Source: an uncultured Verrucomicrobiae bacterium (lineage in GTDB: Bacteria; Verrucomicrobiota; Verrucomicrobiia; Limisphaerales; Palsa-1400). From it: a stretch of DNA of 64,000 nucleotides. Under the pieces are notes generated by a model that had not been told where the DNA came from, did not search any database, and saw nothing but the letters and a program-made list of their open reading frames with translations. The DNA is taken from contig OY969763.1 in NCBI GenBank assembly GCA_963702845.1, positions 5,440,001 to 5,504,000 of the forward strand, in the 5' to 3' direction. Below, piece after piece: positions 1-9,392 of the stretch (within the stretch, counting starts at the first letter, position 1; each line of letters opens with the position of its first letter). Made by a program: the position numbers and the translations under genes.

Positions 1-1273
1 AGCGGTCGAAGTGGACTAGTTTATTCGTCGGTTCGGTGGCAGCGACAAATAAGGAATGGAGCGCGCCCATGGAGTAGCCCATCAATGCTTTTTCACCTAA
101 GCGGTTTGGATACTGTTTACGCAATCGGCCATCAATCACAGTTAACGCAACGTGCAAATCGTGACCATCCACCGGCAGATACCCGGGCAGCGCAGCGGTG
201 GAAGCGTGTTCCATGAATTCGGAATTGAAAGCGCTGCTGACGCATACAACGGAAAAGCCATTGCTGTGAACCAATTCGGCCAAAGCGAGTGATGTCTGCG
301 CCATGCGATGAGAGCCTATTCCTGGAACGATATAAACGACGGGCGCCTGCTTCGGTTGCAGCCAATAAGTGAAGTCCAATTTACGACCGGTCGTTGGAAT
401 TACGACTGAGCGCGTCTTGCCGATATGGGGAAAGTTCGGGTCTTTGTAGGTGAAGAAAACGGACTCGAGTGTTTCGAGCGATGCTTCGTCTTGTTTTCCT
501 TTTACCTGAAAATCTGCCACGCGATTTTTTCTGGCGAATGTCCACGCATATTGAATTTCCGAGTAAGGATCCATCTCCGCGCGACTGAAGCGCACGAATT
601 CGCCAACGCTGTCACTCAGATCGTTATACATGACCGCGTAGGTGAAATAACTATAGACACCAAAATAGGTGAGCGGGTTGTTTATATCGAAGCTGTAGGG
701 CGTGACATAAACCAACGGATTGGACGCAGTATCGGCGGCCCAGCCCACGGCGTCGCGCTCGTTACTCGGTCCGAGAAACGGCAGCATCAAATAACACTTG
801 GGATCCCAGCCCCATTGCCCGAAGGTCTGGCCAAAGTCCGCTTCTGATTTTGGAATTTTGCGTTTGCTGGCGACATCGATAAAACCCGCGACGCCGAATG
901 TGGTGTTAAAAAGAAACCGCCGCGACTCATCACCCGCACCCGCCCATTTGCCCTGGAGCAGGTTATTGATCAAGCGTCCTGGGTAAGTGAGATTTTTGCC
1001 AAAATTTCCAATGCCGGTCCGGACCGGCTTGACCACGATGAATCGATAGACCCGGCTCGTCGGTCTGATGAGATCGGTCATGAAGGCTTTGTTGAAACCC
1101 CACATCAATCGATTGAATGGTTCAATCGGGTCAGGAACCGATTTGGGAAGGACAACTTTTTCCGTGATCGAGTTCGTCGCCGGGTGCGGCGACTCTTGTG
1201 CAGATGCGATGGATGCGACGCTCAATGAGAGAAGCATCAGTGCGACATTTAAAATCTTCAGAATTGGTTGCAT
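1..1273 (-). CDS. MlaA/VacJ-family domain fused to a C-terminal alpha/beta-hydrolase domain (runs off the left edge; absent from the ORF track)
   Basis: Manual translation from ATG 1273: signal peptide MQPILKILNVALMLLSLSVASIASA; MlaA motifs DPIEPFNRLMWGFN, NTTFGVAGFIDVA, DFGQTFGQWGW, YLMLPFLGPSNERD; then VVYIVPGIGSH and a GYSMG nucleophile elbow near 66-80. No stop before the window edge. Confidence 0.85.
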   Translation of the reverse strand, partial: MQPILKILNVALMLLSLSVASIASAQESPHPATNSITEKVVLPKSVPDPIEPFNRLMWGFNKAFMTDLIRPTSRVYRFIVVKPVRTGIGNFGKNLTYPGRLINNLLQGKWAGAGDESRRFLFNTTFGVAGFIDVASKRKIPKSEADFGQTFGQWGWDPKCYLMLPFLGPSNERDAVGWAADTASNPLVYVTPYSFDINNPLTYFGVYSYFTYAVMYNDLSDSVGEFVRFSRAEMDPYSEIQYAWTFARKNRVADFQVKGKQDEASLETLESVFFTYKDPNFPHIGKTRSVVIPTTGRKLDFTYWLQPKQAPVVYIVPGIGSHRMAQTSLALAELVHSNGFSVVCVSSAFNSEFMEHASTAALPGYLPVDGHDLHVALTVIDGRLRKQYPNRLGEKALMGYSMGALHSLFVAATEPTNKLVHFDR

Positions 1274-2266
1274 TTAGGTGGTCAGTTTTTCCAACATTAC
1301 GCTGGGAGACGCGATGTGATCCCTGGTTAAAGGTTGTTTTAAGTATTCCGAAATACCGACACGGCTCACTTCACAGCCGGCCGCGGCGATGGAAGACAAC
1401 ACGCGGTCCTCGTCCATGATGACGCGGTCGCGCTTGTAAATCGGATAATTGGCGCGCGCCGCCTCTGGCGTCAGGTTAATCGTCGCCAGGTTCGCGCCAG
1501 CGTTGAAAGCGCGGACATAACCATCCTCGGCCACCAGGCTCATGGCACTGACGGCGGGGATGATCCATTGCGGTGCAGCTAACCGCATCTCCGCGACGCA
1601 ATCGAGAGTTCTTTCGATATCGCCGCAGGGCGCCCCGGCAAAAGGCGTATCCACACCGGCGACAAAAGGACTGACGCTGCAACCGGCCAGCGGCAGTTGT
1701 GAGAGTAATTCCAAAGTTTGATCAATGTGCGACGGTCTTTGGCCAGGAAGGCCGACGATAAAACCCGAAGACACTTTCCAGCCCGAGTCGGCGAGATAGC
1801 GAATGGCGGCAAGGCGTTTGGCCAAAGTACCGGGAGCGCCAATGTATTGAAAATGAGCGGCATCACCGGTTTCGATTTTTATGACGTAAAAATCGCCGCC
1901 CGCATCGCGGAGTTCGTCGTATTCAAACGGAGATAGCGTGCCGAGACAAAGCGTGATGCCGAGATTGGTGCGCTTGCGCAGCTCGCGAACGAGCGGGAGC
2001 ACTACTTCGCGCACGGCTACGGGATCTTCGCCGGCCTGGATGTCGATGTCGGTGATGGCAGCGGGACGATGATGGATGATCAATTCGGCCAGTTCATCGG
2101 CTTTGAGCCGGTAGCGATCAAGCGACCGATTGTCGCGGCGCATCGCGCAATACTGACAATTTTGGCGGCAGAAGCTGGAGACTTCGACTACTCCGCGCAC
2201 AAAGACGCGGCGTCCGAACACCTCGTCGCGCGCCTCCCGTGCCTGTTCATGCAAAATGGGTCTCAC
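1274..2266 (-). CDS. Radical SAM enzyme, BioB/HydE/PylB-like clade
   Basis: CRQNCQYC cluster motif; C-terminal AGANLATINLTP...YPIYK resembles HydE/PylB. The stop abuts the ATG of the MlaA fusion. Start uncertain. Confidence 0.85.
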   Translation of the reverse strand: MRPILHEQAREARDEVFGRRVFVRGVVEVSSFCRQNCQYCAMRRDNRSLDRYRLKADELAELIIHHRPAAITDIDIQAGEDPVAVREVVLPLVRELRKRTNLGITLCLGTLSPFEYDELRDAGGDFYVIKIETGDAAHFQYIGAPGTLAKRLAAIRYLADSGWKVSSGFIVGLPGQRPSHIDQTLELLSQLPLAGCSVSPFVAGVDTPFAGAPCGDIERTLDCVAEMRLAAPQWIIPAVSAMSLVAEDGYVRAFNAGANLATINLTPEAARANYPIYKRDRVIMDEDRVLSSIAAAGCEVSRVGISEYLKQPLTRDHIASPSVMLEKLTT

Positions 2267-2603
2267 TTGGGCCTGCGCATCGAAACCGAGAACGGCTGTA
2301 GTTGAAAGTGGATGAGATGTGCGTTCACGGCCAGGCAGACGAATCCTGCGGCCTTTCTTTTTCCCTTGGCATCATAAACGGCGGTCACAAAGTCGCCGAA
2401 TGTTACCCGGTTTTTATGCTTCGATGCAATCACGTGTCAAGAGTAGGTCAGCGAGTGCCGGATACTCCATAAGGTGTTTCCCCCATCAGCGAAGATCGGG
2501 CCGCGCAGCCGGCGCTGGACCTTCCCGATGAACAAGGGTTTTTCCGCATTGGCGCAAGGAACCTCCCAGTTGTGAGGCGCCTCGCCGCGGTGAACTGTGA
2601 GTC

Positions 2604-2783
2604 ATGAGAAAATTTCGTTCAGCTCCTGCAATGGCATCCGACGCGGCCAAAGTTTGCAGTGCCGAAACCCAACGAAAGTTAACTCAGTTGCAGATCCACT
2701 TCCGCAAACAAACGCGTTTCGAAGTCTTACGGATCATTGCTCTGAACGAACCGGTTAGTCTGTTCAAACACCGGATTGACTGA
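2604..2783 (+). CDS. Possible 59-aa hypothetical protein
   Basis: ATG..TGA ORF MRKFRSAPAMASDAAK...FKHRID downstream of a regulon-like palindrome; no family recognised. Confidence 0.25.
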   Translation: MRKFRSAPAMASDAAKVCSAETQRKLTQLQIHFRKQTRFEVLRIIALNEPVSLFKHRID

Positions 2784-2834
2784 ATCTGGCGGGTGGTGAT
2801 GGGATGAGTGCTTGACCTGTTAGACGCCCGAAGG

Positions 2835-3413
2835 TCAGGTTGCTTTTCCCTCGCCGCCCGTCACTTCTATTACGCCTGCGCCGATGGCAAACCGCACCAA
2901 CCCGGCAACATCATGGAGGTTGAGAGCGTCCATCAGTTTCATCCGATGATACTCGACAGTCTTGGGGCTCAAATCGAGAGCGGCGGCGATGGTTTTAGTG
3001 TTTTGGCCTTGAGCGATGAGACAAAGAATCTCGCGTTGACGCGCGGTCAACCGTTCCAACCCTTTGTGGCCATGGCAGCCTTTGCCCGGCGAAACTTTCG
3101 CAACGCTCGCCTTTTCCTCGTCACAATGTTCCATCGCCCGCTCTAACGCCGTTTCGGCCGCTTCAGTTCGAGTCTCGGCTTGTTCGGCGCGCGTTTCGGC
3201 CATCTCGGTCCGGGTTTGTGCTTGTTCAGTGCGAGTTTCGGCCTGTTCGGTCCTGGTCTCGGCCATTTCGGTGCGGGTTTCGGCGTGTTCCGTGCGAGCC
3301 TCGGCCTCGGCCGTGCGCAATTCCGCACGTTCCACCCGATCGGTATTTCCGGTGACGGGGATGTGTTGGGTCTTCTTCTGTTCGACTAAGGGAGTTTGCG
3401 CGGTTTTTGCCAT
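2835..3413 (-). CDS. LuxR/NarL-type HTH regulator with an N-terminal heptad-repeat coiled coil and no receiver domain
   Basis: C-terminal LTARQREILCLIAQGQNTKTIAAALDLSPKTVEYHRMKLM; eight RTEQAET-like heptads. Confidence 0.85.
   Translation of the reverse strand: MAKTAQTPLVEQKKTQHIPVTGNTDRVERAELRTAEAEARTEHAETRTEMAETRTEQAETRTEQAQTRTEMAETRAEQAETRTEAAETALERAMEHCDEEKASVAKVSPGKGCHGHKGLERLTARQREILCLIAQGQNTKTIAAALDLSPKTVEYHRMKLMDALNLHDVAGLVRFAIGAGVIEVTGGEGKAT
3150..3317 (-). repeat. 8 x 21-bp coding tandem repeat (RTExAET-like heptads)
   Basis: Units such as CGCACGGAACACGCCGAAACC and CGCACCGAAATGGCCGAGACC. Confidence 0.9.
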
Positions 3414-3451
3414 GACAACAGGCACAATGAGCGAGGTAAACTGATTGGTCT

Positions 3452-3469
3452 ATCAGGTGAACACCCTAC
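3452..3469 (-). promoter_or_regulatory. Regulon palindrome upstream of the coiled-coil LuxR gene
   Basis: ATCAGGT-GAAC-ACCCTAC; -10-like CATTGT 22 nt downstream on the minus strand. Confidence 0.55.
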
Positions 3470-3499
3470 GGCGGTGCGTGGTCAGGAATAGTTTACGAT

Positions 3500-4018
3500 T
3501 TACGCATTATTGACGGCGCCGGCAAAACGTTCCCCCAACTTGCCGCGGCTAATGGTGGGCAGATGTTTCCCGGTCGAATCGACCTGCGGGATCTCGCAAG
3601 TCATCCAATAGTCGTAAAGTAACTTAAGTTGCGTGCGCATCATTTCAGGACTGCTGGGTTTGATATGATAGGAGCTCGCCCCCAACGCGTAGGCCTGTTT
3701 GATGTCGTCCAGATCGGACGACGCCGAGAAAATAACCGTGGGAATAATCGCCCATTGCGGGTTCTCCTTGAGATGATGTAACACGGCAAATCCATCCAAC
3801 TTCGGCATTTTCAAATCCATCAGAATGAACGTCGGGTATTGATAGGTCTCGCGGTCGGCAAACTGGCCTTCCCCCTGCAAATAGGCGAGGGCCTCTTCGC
3901 CGTTTCCGACAGCCTGGATCGGATCGGTCACTCCGATCTTGCCAAAGGCCGCCTTGATGAGGAACTGGTCGTTGGGGTCGTCTTCGACCAAGAGAATTGT
4001 GAAGTTAACGGTTTTCAT
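3500..4018 (-). CDS. Single-domain response regulator (Rcp1-like receiver)
   Basis: MKTVNFTILLVEDDPND...ILMDLKMPKLDG...YHIKP; acidic pocket, phospho-Asp and Lys intact. Confidence 0.9.
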   Translation of the reverse strand: MKTVNFTILLVEDDPNDQFLIKAAFGKIGVTDPIQAVGNGEEALAYLQGEGQFADRETYQYPTFILMDLKMPKLDGFAVLHHLKENPQWAIIPTVIFSASSDLDDIKQAYALGASSYHIKPSSPEMMRTQLKLLYDYWMTCEIPQVDSTGKHLPTISRGKLGERFAGAVNNA

Positions 4019-4229
4019 GGAAGGTTCTCCCCGAATGAATTTTCGGCTATCTCGGGAGTTTGGCAATGGGGCCTTTATACTACTCTTTCCGGGACGAAAG
4101 CGGCACCCCTTGGGCTTCCACTTCGCGACGATCTGAGATTCCATTAAAAAGTTTGTGGCGACTGCGACTATTACCACCGGGGCCGGCGAGGCACGTGGAA
4201 ACTGAGGATGAGTTGTAAAAAACAACGAT

Positions 4230-4349
4230 AGGAAAGCAGACCATCCTGCCATTCTACTCGTAGAAGACGGTCCCAACGACCAACTCCTGATCAAGCGCAC
4301 GTTCAAGACCCTTGGCATCGTCACTCCCAAGCGCAATCAGCGGCGTTAA
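4230..4349 (+). pseudogene. 5' remnant of a single-domain receiver gene
   Basis: Frame reads (R)KADHPAILLVEDGPNDQLLIKRTFKTLGIVTPKRNQRR*, matching the N-termini of 3500-4018 and 31552-32071. No in-frame ATG (AGG at the expected start) and an early stop. Confidence 0.65.
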
Positions 4350-4597
4350 TGTCTACCCAAGATCCTGTTGGCGCCAACTCTCTCGAGCTGGCGCCAACTT
4401 GGGATTTCCGCGCACCAGCGCGGTTTGCCCGTTGACGGGCGTTGTCGGACATCCGCCAACGGAGAAAGCAGTTAGACCAACGACTCGCGCGAGCTTGCAG
4501 ATTGTCTCGCAAAGGCCGCCAAGAAGAGGATCGGATTCTTTGCCTTCGCGATCTTTGCGGACTTCGCGAGACATTTTTCCGACGTTGCCAAGCGGGC

Positions 4598-6559
4598 TCA
4601 AGTAATCGCCACCCTCTGCGCTGCATGATTGTTCGGTTCGCCTGCTTTGCGCAGTTCGAACCAAAAGCTCGATCCGTCCCCCGCCTTTGGTTCCACGCCT
4701 ACTCGGCCGCCCATCCGCTCGATTGCTCTTTCGACGATGGCCAGCCCAATGCCGGTTCCGGGGAACTCGCCGCCGTTCAAGCGTGTGAAAATTTTAAAGA
4801 TTTGGGGATGATATTCCAAAGAGATGCCCAAACCGTCGTCTTCCACCCACACACGCACGAATTCGCCTGCATCGGTGGTGCGCAATCGGATCGTTGGCGT
4901 CATCCCGGGACTGACAAATTTGAGCGCATTGGAAATCAAGTTCACGAAGACCTGGCCGATCGTTGCGTCATGCCCCTGCACCTCGCACCAAGGCCCGATG
5001 GAATCTACCACCGCTCGTTTGTCACGAATTTCGTCATGGAAAAACGAAAGCACCGAAGCGACCACCGCTTCCAGATTGACTGGATCGAGCTTCATTTCCT
5101 GTTGCGCGATGCGGCTGAAGGCCAGCAAATCTCGAAGCAGCCGGTCCATCTGCCCGGCAGATTTATTGATGCGCACGGCATAATCTTTTGCTTCGGGGTT
5201 GAGTGTGTCCTTTGCCTCTTGCAAGAGCATTTCGGAAAAGCCTTGCATGGCGCGCAGCGGCGCACGCAAGTCGTGGGCGATGGAATAGACAAACGCCTCC
5301 AAGTCTTTGTTGGAGGCCGTCAGTTGGGCGGTGCGCTCGGTGACCGCTTGTTCAAGATGCACGGCGCGATCGGCCAATTGCGATTGGGCCTGGCGCAAGG
5401 AGGCATCGGTGGCAACGCGTGCGGAAATATCGCTAAAAAGAACAGCCACTTTGCGATTTTCGTGGTCTGCGACCCGAAAGGCATAAACATCGAACCACCG
5501 ATTCATCGTTTTGGCCTCATCAATGAAACGAACCGGCTCACCGGTCAGGGCTACTTTCCCGTAAATTTCAAACCAATGCGCCTCGAGATCCGGAACCATT
5601 TCGCGCATGCGTTTGCCGGTCGCCTCTAGCAGGCCGGATTGCTTTTCGAACGATGGGTTCGATTCCAAAAAACGGTAATCGACGGGATAGCATTTCTCAT
5701 CAAACAGCACCTCGATCACGCAGAAGCCTTCATCGATCGAATTGAAGAGACTGCGATAACCTTCCTTGCTCCGGAAGAGTTCGCGATTGAGGGTCTCCAT
5801 GTCCTGCCGGGCACGCACGGCATCCTCCATCAAGTTGAGCGAGGCGCTGCGCGCATTTTTTGCTTCTAGATTCGCAATTTGAAGATCGGCCATGCTTCGC
5901 GCCAGTTGGCTGTGGTTGTGGCGCATCGTTTCGCCTTGCTGCGCGAAAGCTTCCATGAACGTCACAGCCTGATATGCCGAAGAGGCGAAGCGTCCCAAGC
6001 CGGTGAGCAAGCGCAGATCTTCCGCGTCGAACTTGCGCTCTTCATCATGCGCCACCGCCCAAATCGTGCCGACGGCCTTTCCTTCCACGTAAAACGGAAC
6101 CAATAGACACGTTGCCCCCGGCGGCATGACCGCTGCGAAATATCCGTATCGGCGTTCCGGATGACGCATCAGCAGCGGCCCATTGCAATCCAACACGTCT
6201 CCACAAGGGCCAAAATCCCGGAAAGTGCCGTTGCCGATATTTGGTTTCCATGCGCCGGCGATGGCCGGCCAATAAAATCTTTTTTCGTCTTTGGTTAACA
6301 AACTGATTCCGGCCGAACCGGCATCCAGCGCGACACGTATCGTATCGGCCAATGTTTGGAGAACTGACTGCGGCGAGTCAGCTAACGCCTGCGATAACAA
6401 AATCAGCGCACGGTTTTCCGTTTGATAATCCGGTGCGCGCAAAGGCCGCTGGTTTAATTCTTCCGTGCAAAGGACCTCTTTCAGCGGCGCGAGGGCGACA
6501 TGGGAAATATCCAGAGTGCTTTCGCTGGTCACTTCGGGGGTTGGCTTGTAGGCACTCAT
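4598..6559 (-). CDS. GAF-PAS sensor histidine kinase (HisKA + HATPase_c)
   Basis: GAF region, PAS, H-box FVYSIAHDLRAPLR, N-box NLISNALKF, G-boxes DDGLGI and GTGIGLA. Confidence 0.93.
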   Translation of the reverse strand: MSAYKPTPEVTSESTLDISHVALAPLKEVLCTEELNQRPLRAPDYQTENRALILLSQALADSPQSVLQTLADTIRVALDAGSAGISLLTKDEKRFYWPAIAGAWKPNIGNGTFRDFGPCGDVLDCNGPLLMRHPERRYGYFAAVMPPGATCLLVPFYVEGKAVGTIWAVAHDEERKFDAEDLRLLTGLGRFASSAYQAVTFMEAFAQQGETMRHNHSQLARSMADLQIANLEAKNARSASLNLMEDAVRARQDMETLNRELFRSKEGYRSLFNSIDEGFCVIEVLFDEKCYPVDYRFLESNPSFEKQSGLLEATGKRMREMVPDLEAHWFEIYGKVALTGEPVRFIDEAKTMNRWFDVYAFRVADHENRKVAVLFSDISARVATDASLRQAQSQLADRAVHLEQAVTERTAQLTASNKDLEAFVYSIAHDLRAPLRAMQGFSEMLLQEAKDTLNPEAKDYAVRINKSAGQMDRLLRDLLAFSRIAQQEMKLDPVNLEAVVASVLSFFHDEIRDKRAVVDSIGPWCEVQGHDATIGQVFVNLISNALKFVSPGMTPTIRLRTTDAGEFVRVWVEDDGLGISLEYHPQIFKIFTRLNGGEFPGTGIGLAIVERAIERMGGRVGVEPKAGDGSSFWFELRKAGEPNNHAAQRVAIT

Positions 6560-6579
6560 TTCGTTTTCCTTTCTTCTCC

Positions 6580-7938
6580 CTACGCACGGATCGCGGGGGG
6601 GGCGGGGGAGTGATTTTGCTCAAACTGGAGCGGGTAGGGCGGGTCTTCGCCGTGTTGCCGGTGCAGTTCGTTGATTTCTTTCTTTAATTCAATCATGCGC
6701 AACTCGCGGCCGACGGCGGCGCGATTGAACCTGCTTAACTCCTCTGCATGCGCCAACAGATCTTCATGCAGTTTTCGCGTGGCTTCCTCGGCGTGTTTGC
6801 GGGCGGTAACGTCGCGGATGTTGCACTGGATGATTTTCTTTTCACCCTCCGGATACAGGTTGCTGACAAATTCCACTTCGCGCCGTTGGCCGGTTTTTGT
6901 TTTCAAGGGCAGATCCTCGTAACGGATAAATCCATTCTCCTGCAGCTCTCGAAACGCTTCGCGGCTGGCCTCCTCATCTTTTAGGAGGCCGATCTCAAAC
7001 AATTCTTTGCCCAACAACATTTCGTGCGAGTAACCGAGCAGTTCGGACATGAACGGATTTGCGTCGAGGATCTTTCGTGTGTGAGGATCGACGATCAGGA
7101 CGCCGTCGCGGGCCGCTTCGAAAAGCCGGCGGTAACGCCGTTCCGAATAACGCATCTGCGCCTGGAAATGCAGCATTTGGGTGACGTCCTGAATTTCCAG
7201 CAACACTTTTCCGGGCTGACCGTTGGTGGCGATGAGTGTGCGACCGCTCAACAACATCGTGCGCTCGCCCAGGTCCGTGAACTGACCGGTCACCTCAAAA
7301 TTATCAAAGAAACTGTGGCGCGGTAGAATATCTCCCAGCAATTGGCGCAGGCGCGGGATGTTCCACTGCGCCTCGCCCAATGCGAAGAAAGATTGTCCTA
7401 CGACCTGGGCGGGCGACACGCGGAACGTCTGGCAAAACGGCTCGTTCGCCCAGTCCACGTTCAGGGCGGCGTCCAACACCAACACCGGGTTGCGCGCGCT
7501 GCGGACGATCGCTTCAGCATCACCACGGGCGGCGGCGAGCGTGGTCTGAGCGGCGTGCAATGCATTATTGCAACGCGCCTTGTCGATGTTGAGGGCCTGC
7601 ACCTCCGAATTTACTGATTGCAGGCTTTGTCTCGACGCGGCGAGGAATTCGTTGGCGTGGCGCAATTTCTCGTTCGACCGGCGCATTTCCAGAGTGGAAG
7701 CGTGCAGCTCCTCGGCCGCTTCCTGGCAGCGCTTTTCGAGGGTGTCGACCGAGTTGGCGGCCTCCACCAAACGCCGTTCAACCTTTTGGATCAAAGCGCT
7801 GTTGCCGGCGATGACGCCACGTTTACGCACGGGCGGTTTGCTTTGCGTCGGAGTGCTCCGCGTTGAGGCGAGGGACTTGAGTTCTTTCGCGGCCTTTCCA
7901 CTTGTGCTGCGGCCTTTGGGTTGTCGCGTCGTTTTCAT
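6580..7938 (-). CDS. Coiled-coil plus two PAS domains, no recognisable output domain
   Basis: PAS segments PVLVLDAALNVDWANEPF and SERRYRRLFEAARDGVLIVD; ends in the coiled coil RFNRAAVGRELRMIELKKEINEL. Confidence 0.8.
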   Translation of the reverse strand: MKTTRQPKGRSTSGKAAKELKSLASTRSTPTQSKPPVRKRGVIAGNSALIQKVERRLVEAANSVDTLEKRCQEAAEELHASTLEMRRSNEKLRHANEFLAASRQSLQSVNSEVQALNIDKARCNNALHAAQTTLAAARGDAEAIVRSARNPVLVLDAALNVDWANEPFCQTFRVSPAQVVGQSFFALGEAQWNIPRLRQLLGDILPRHSFFDNFEVTGQFTDLGERTMLLSGRTLIATNGQPGKVLLEIQDVTQMLHFQAQMRYSERRYRRLFEAARDGVLIVDPHTRKILDANPFMSELLGYSHEMLLGKELFEIGLLKDEEASREAFRELQENGFIRYEDLPLKTKTGQRREVEFVSNLYPEGEKKIIQCNIRDVTARKHAEEATRKLHEDLLAHAEELSRFNRAAVGRELRMIELKKEINELHRQHGEDPPYPLQFEQNHSPAPPAIRA

Positions 7939-8009
7939 TCCAGAAAATTTTCCGTCGGATTTTGTTCTTCCGAGACAGAAACCATAGCTGTCTACGCGAA
8001 GGCGAACTA

Positions 8010-8027
8010 GTGGGGTGTTTTCCCCAT
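8010..8027 (-). promoter_or_regulatory. Regulon palindrome upstream of the PAS/kinase operon
   Basis: GTGGGGT-GTTT-TCCCCAT; TATGGT 23 nt downstream on the minus strand. A second copy lies at 8101-8118. Confidence 0.6.
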
Positions 8028-8196
8028 AGATTTTCCCGCCGCGAAACATCGGGGATACCATTAAGCCCGAGTTCACCCCCCCGCCTACCCTCGTGGCACC
8101 AATGGGTATTCACCTGACTAGATGCGGCCGGTGTGGCGCGACGCTGGGGACAACTTCAAGGCCGCGTTCGGTGGTCATAGTCGTAGCGGCTGAAAA

Positions 8197-8275
8197 GGTA
8201 GGGACGCGTTCCACCGCGTCCCCAATATTATTTTCGTGAAGGAAAGAATGGGACGACGTGGAAGTCGTCCCTACC
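8197..8275. repeat. GTAG-type REP doublet (REPIN-like)
   Basis: GGTAGGGACGCGTTCCACCGCGTCCC ... GGGACGACGTGGAAGTCGTCCCTACC: an inverted pair in which each arm is itself a hairpin. Confidence 0.7.
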
Positions 8276-8277
8276 GG

Positions 8278-8528
8278 TTACGGTTTGCAACTGATAACCA
8301 CTTCATTGCTGAAGTTGCCGACGACTTGGTCGTTGACCATGAATTTGGCGCGGTATTCGCGCAACTCGGCTTTGCCGACGGCGAGCATGGGCCGGTTATC
8401 GAGGTGAGGCGAATGCAGGGCGACGATCAAACGGGTGAAGTCCGGTTCATCGCCGCGTTTGTCTTGAAGTTATCGTGCCAGGCCAGGAAGGCATCGTCGC
8501 CACGGGGAATGAATCCATCTCTTTGCAT
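8278..8528 (-). pseudogene. Frameshifted, probably internally deleted hypothetical gene
   Basis: N-terminus MQRDGFIPRGDDAFLAWHDNFKT joined out of frame to KRGDEPDFTRLIVALHSPHLDNRPMLAVGKAELREYRAKFMVNDQVVGNFSNEVVISCKP*. Confidence 0.55.
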
Positions 8529-8593
8529 ATGTTGTTTATTTCTAAGTGTTTATACCATTGTTTAGGACTAGTTTTTGGAGGTTGGGAGGATTT

Positions 8594-8806
8594 GTACAGA
8601 GCCGCCGAACAACCGTACAGCGGCGCTGTGCAACTGTTCGGAGCGGCTGAACAACAGGTACAGAACCGCTGTACGGTTGCACGGCGGCGCTGAACAACAG
8701 GTACCGAGCCGCCGTCCAATTGCACGCCGCCGCCGAACAACCGTACAGAGCCGCCGTACAACAGGTACGGAGCCGCTGTGCAATTGAACGGAGGGATTGT
8801 ACAAAC
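8594..8806. repeat. Intergenic degenerate tandem array of ten 21-22-bp units
   Basis: Consensus GTACAGAGCCGC(C/T)GAACAAC(C/AG); mixed 21 and 22 bp lengths, so no codon phase is kept. Confidence 0.85.
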
Positions 8807-9049
8807 GAACGAAGGAAGGACACGTCGCGCCCAAGCTCCGGATACCGATTCCGGAATGCCCACCCGTGCTTTTTTGAACCCGCCACATTTTCCGCCCGCG
8901 TTTGTGCCAAAGGCGCAAAGTGAGGTCAAGCGTTTGTTGCGCTTGATTCGCAGCGGCAGCAGAACAATAGTCTCCTCAACCAATATGAACCAACCGTTCG
9001 TATATCAAAATGACCGCGACACCCGGTCGCATAATCATTGTTAGGCCAC

Positions 9050-9361
9050 ATGCGCGCACCACAGTTCAAACGCATAGCGCTGGTCTTCGCCGTCCAGTTG
9101 ATTCTGATACTCACTGTGGACACTTGGGGACGCAAGCCTTGGGGTTTGCCCGAGCGAGTTTGCTTCTTTGGCGCTTACGTGTTGCCGTTTGTTGGCTATA
9201 TCGCGTTTCTCTACGGCGCACCGATGTGCGCGACCATGTCCAGCATCCCGAAGATGGCGTGTCTGACGCTTCTGTCTTTTGTCATGACGATGGGCGGCAC
9301 GATGGTCATCCTTGTGCTTTGGTTCTTGTTGTCCGCCGTTACAGGAGTTCCATTGCGCTGA
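9050..9361 (+). CDS. Small hypothetical membrane protein (about 3 TM)
   Basis: Three hydrophobic stretches; no family recognised. Confidence 0.55.
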   Translation: MRAPQFKRIALVFAVQLILILTVDTWGRKPWGLPERVCFFGAYVLPFVGYIAFLYGAPMCATMSSIPKMACLTLLSFVMTMGGTMVILVLWFLLSAVTGVPLR

Positions 9362-9392
9362 GCTTGGGTCCTTAGACTGCTTCGCACTTTCC

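Noticed and set aside
1274..2266. True [FeFe]-hydrogenase maturase HydE, PylB or biotin synthase
   Set aside because: No hydA/F/G, pylC/D or bio genes in the window; only a clade-level call is supportable.
8594..8806. CRISPR array
   Set aside because: Units are contiguous and degenerate, with no unique spacers and no cas genes in the window.
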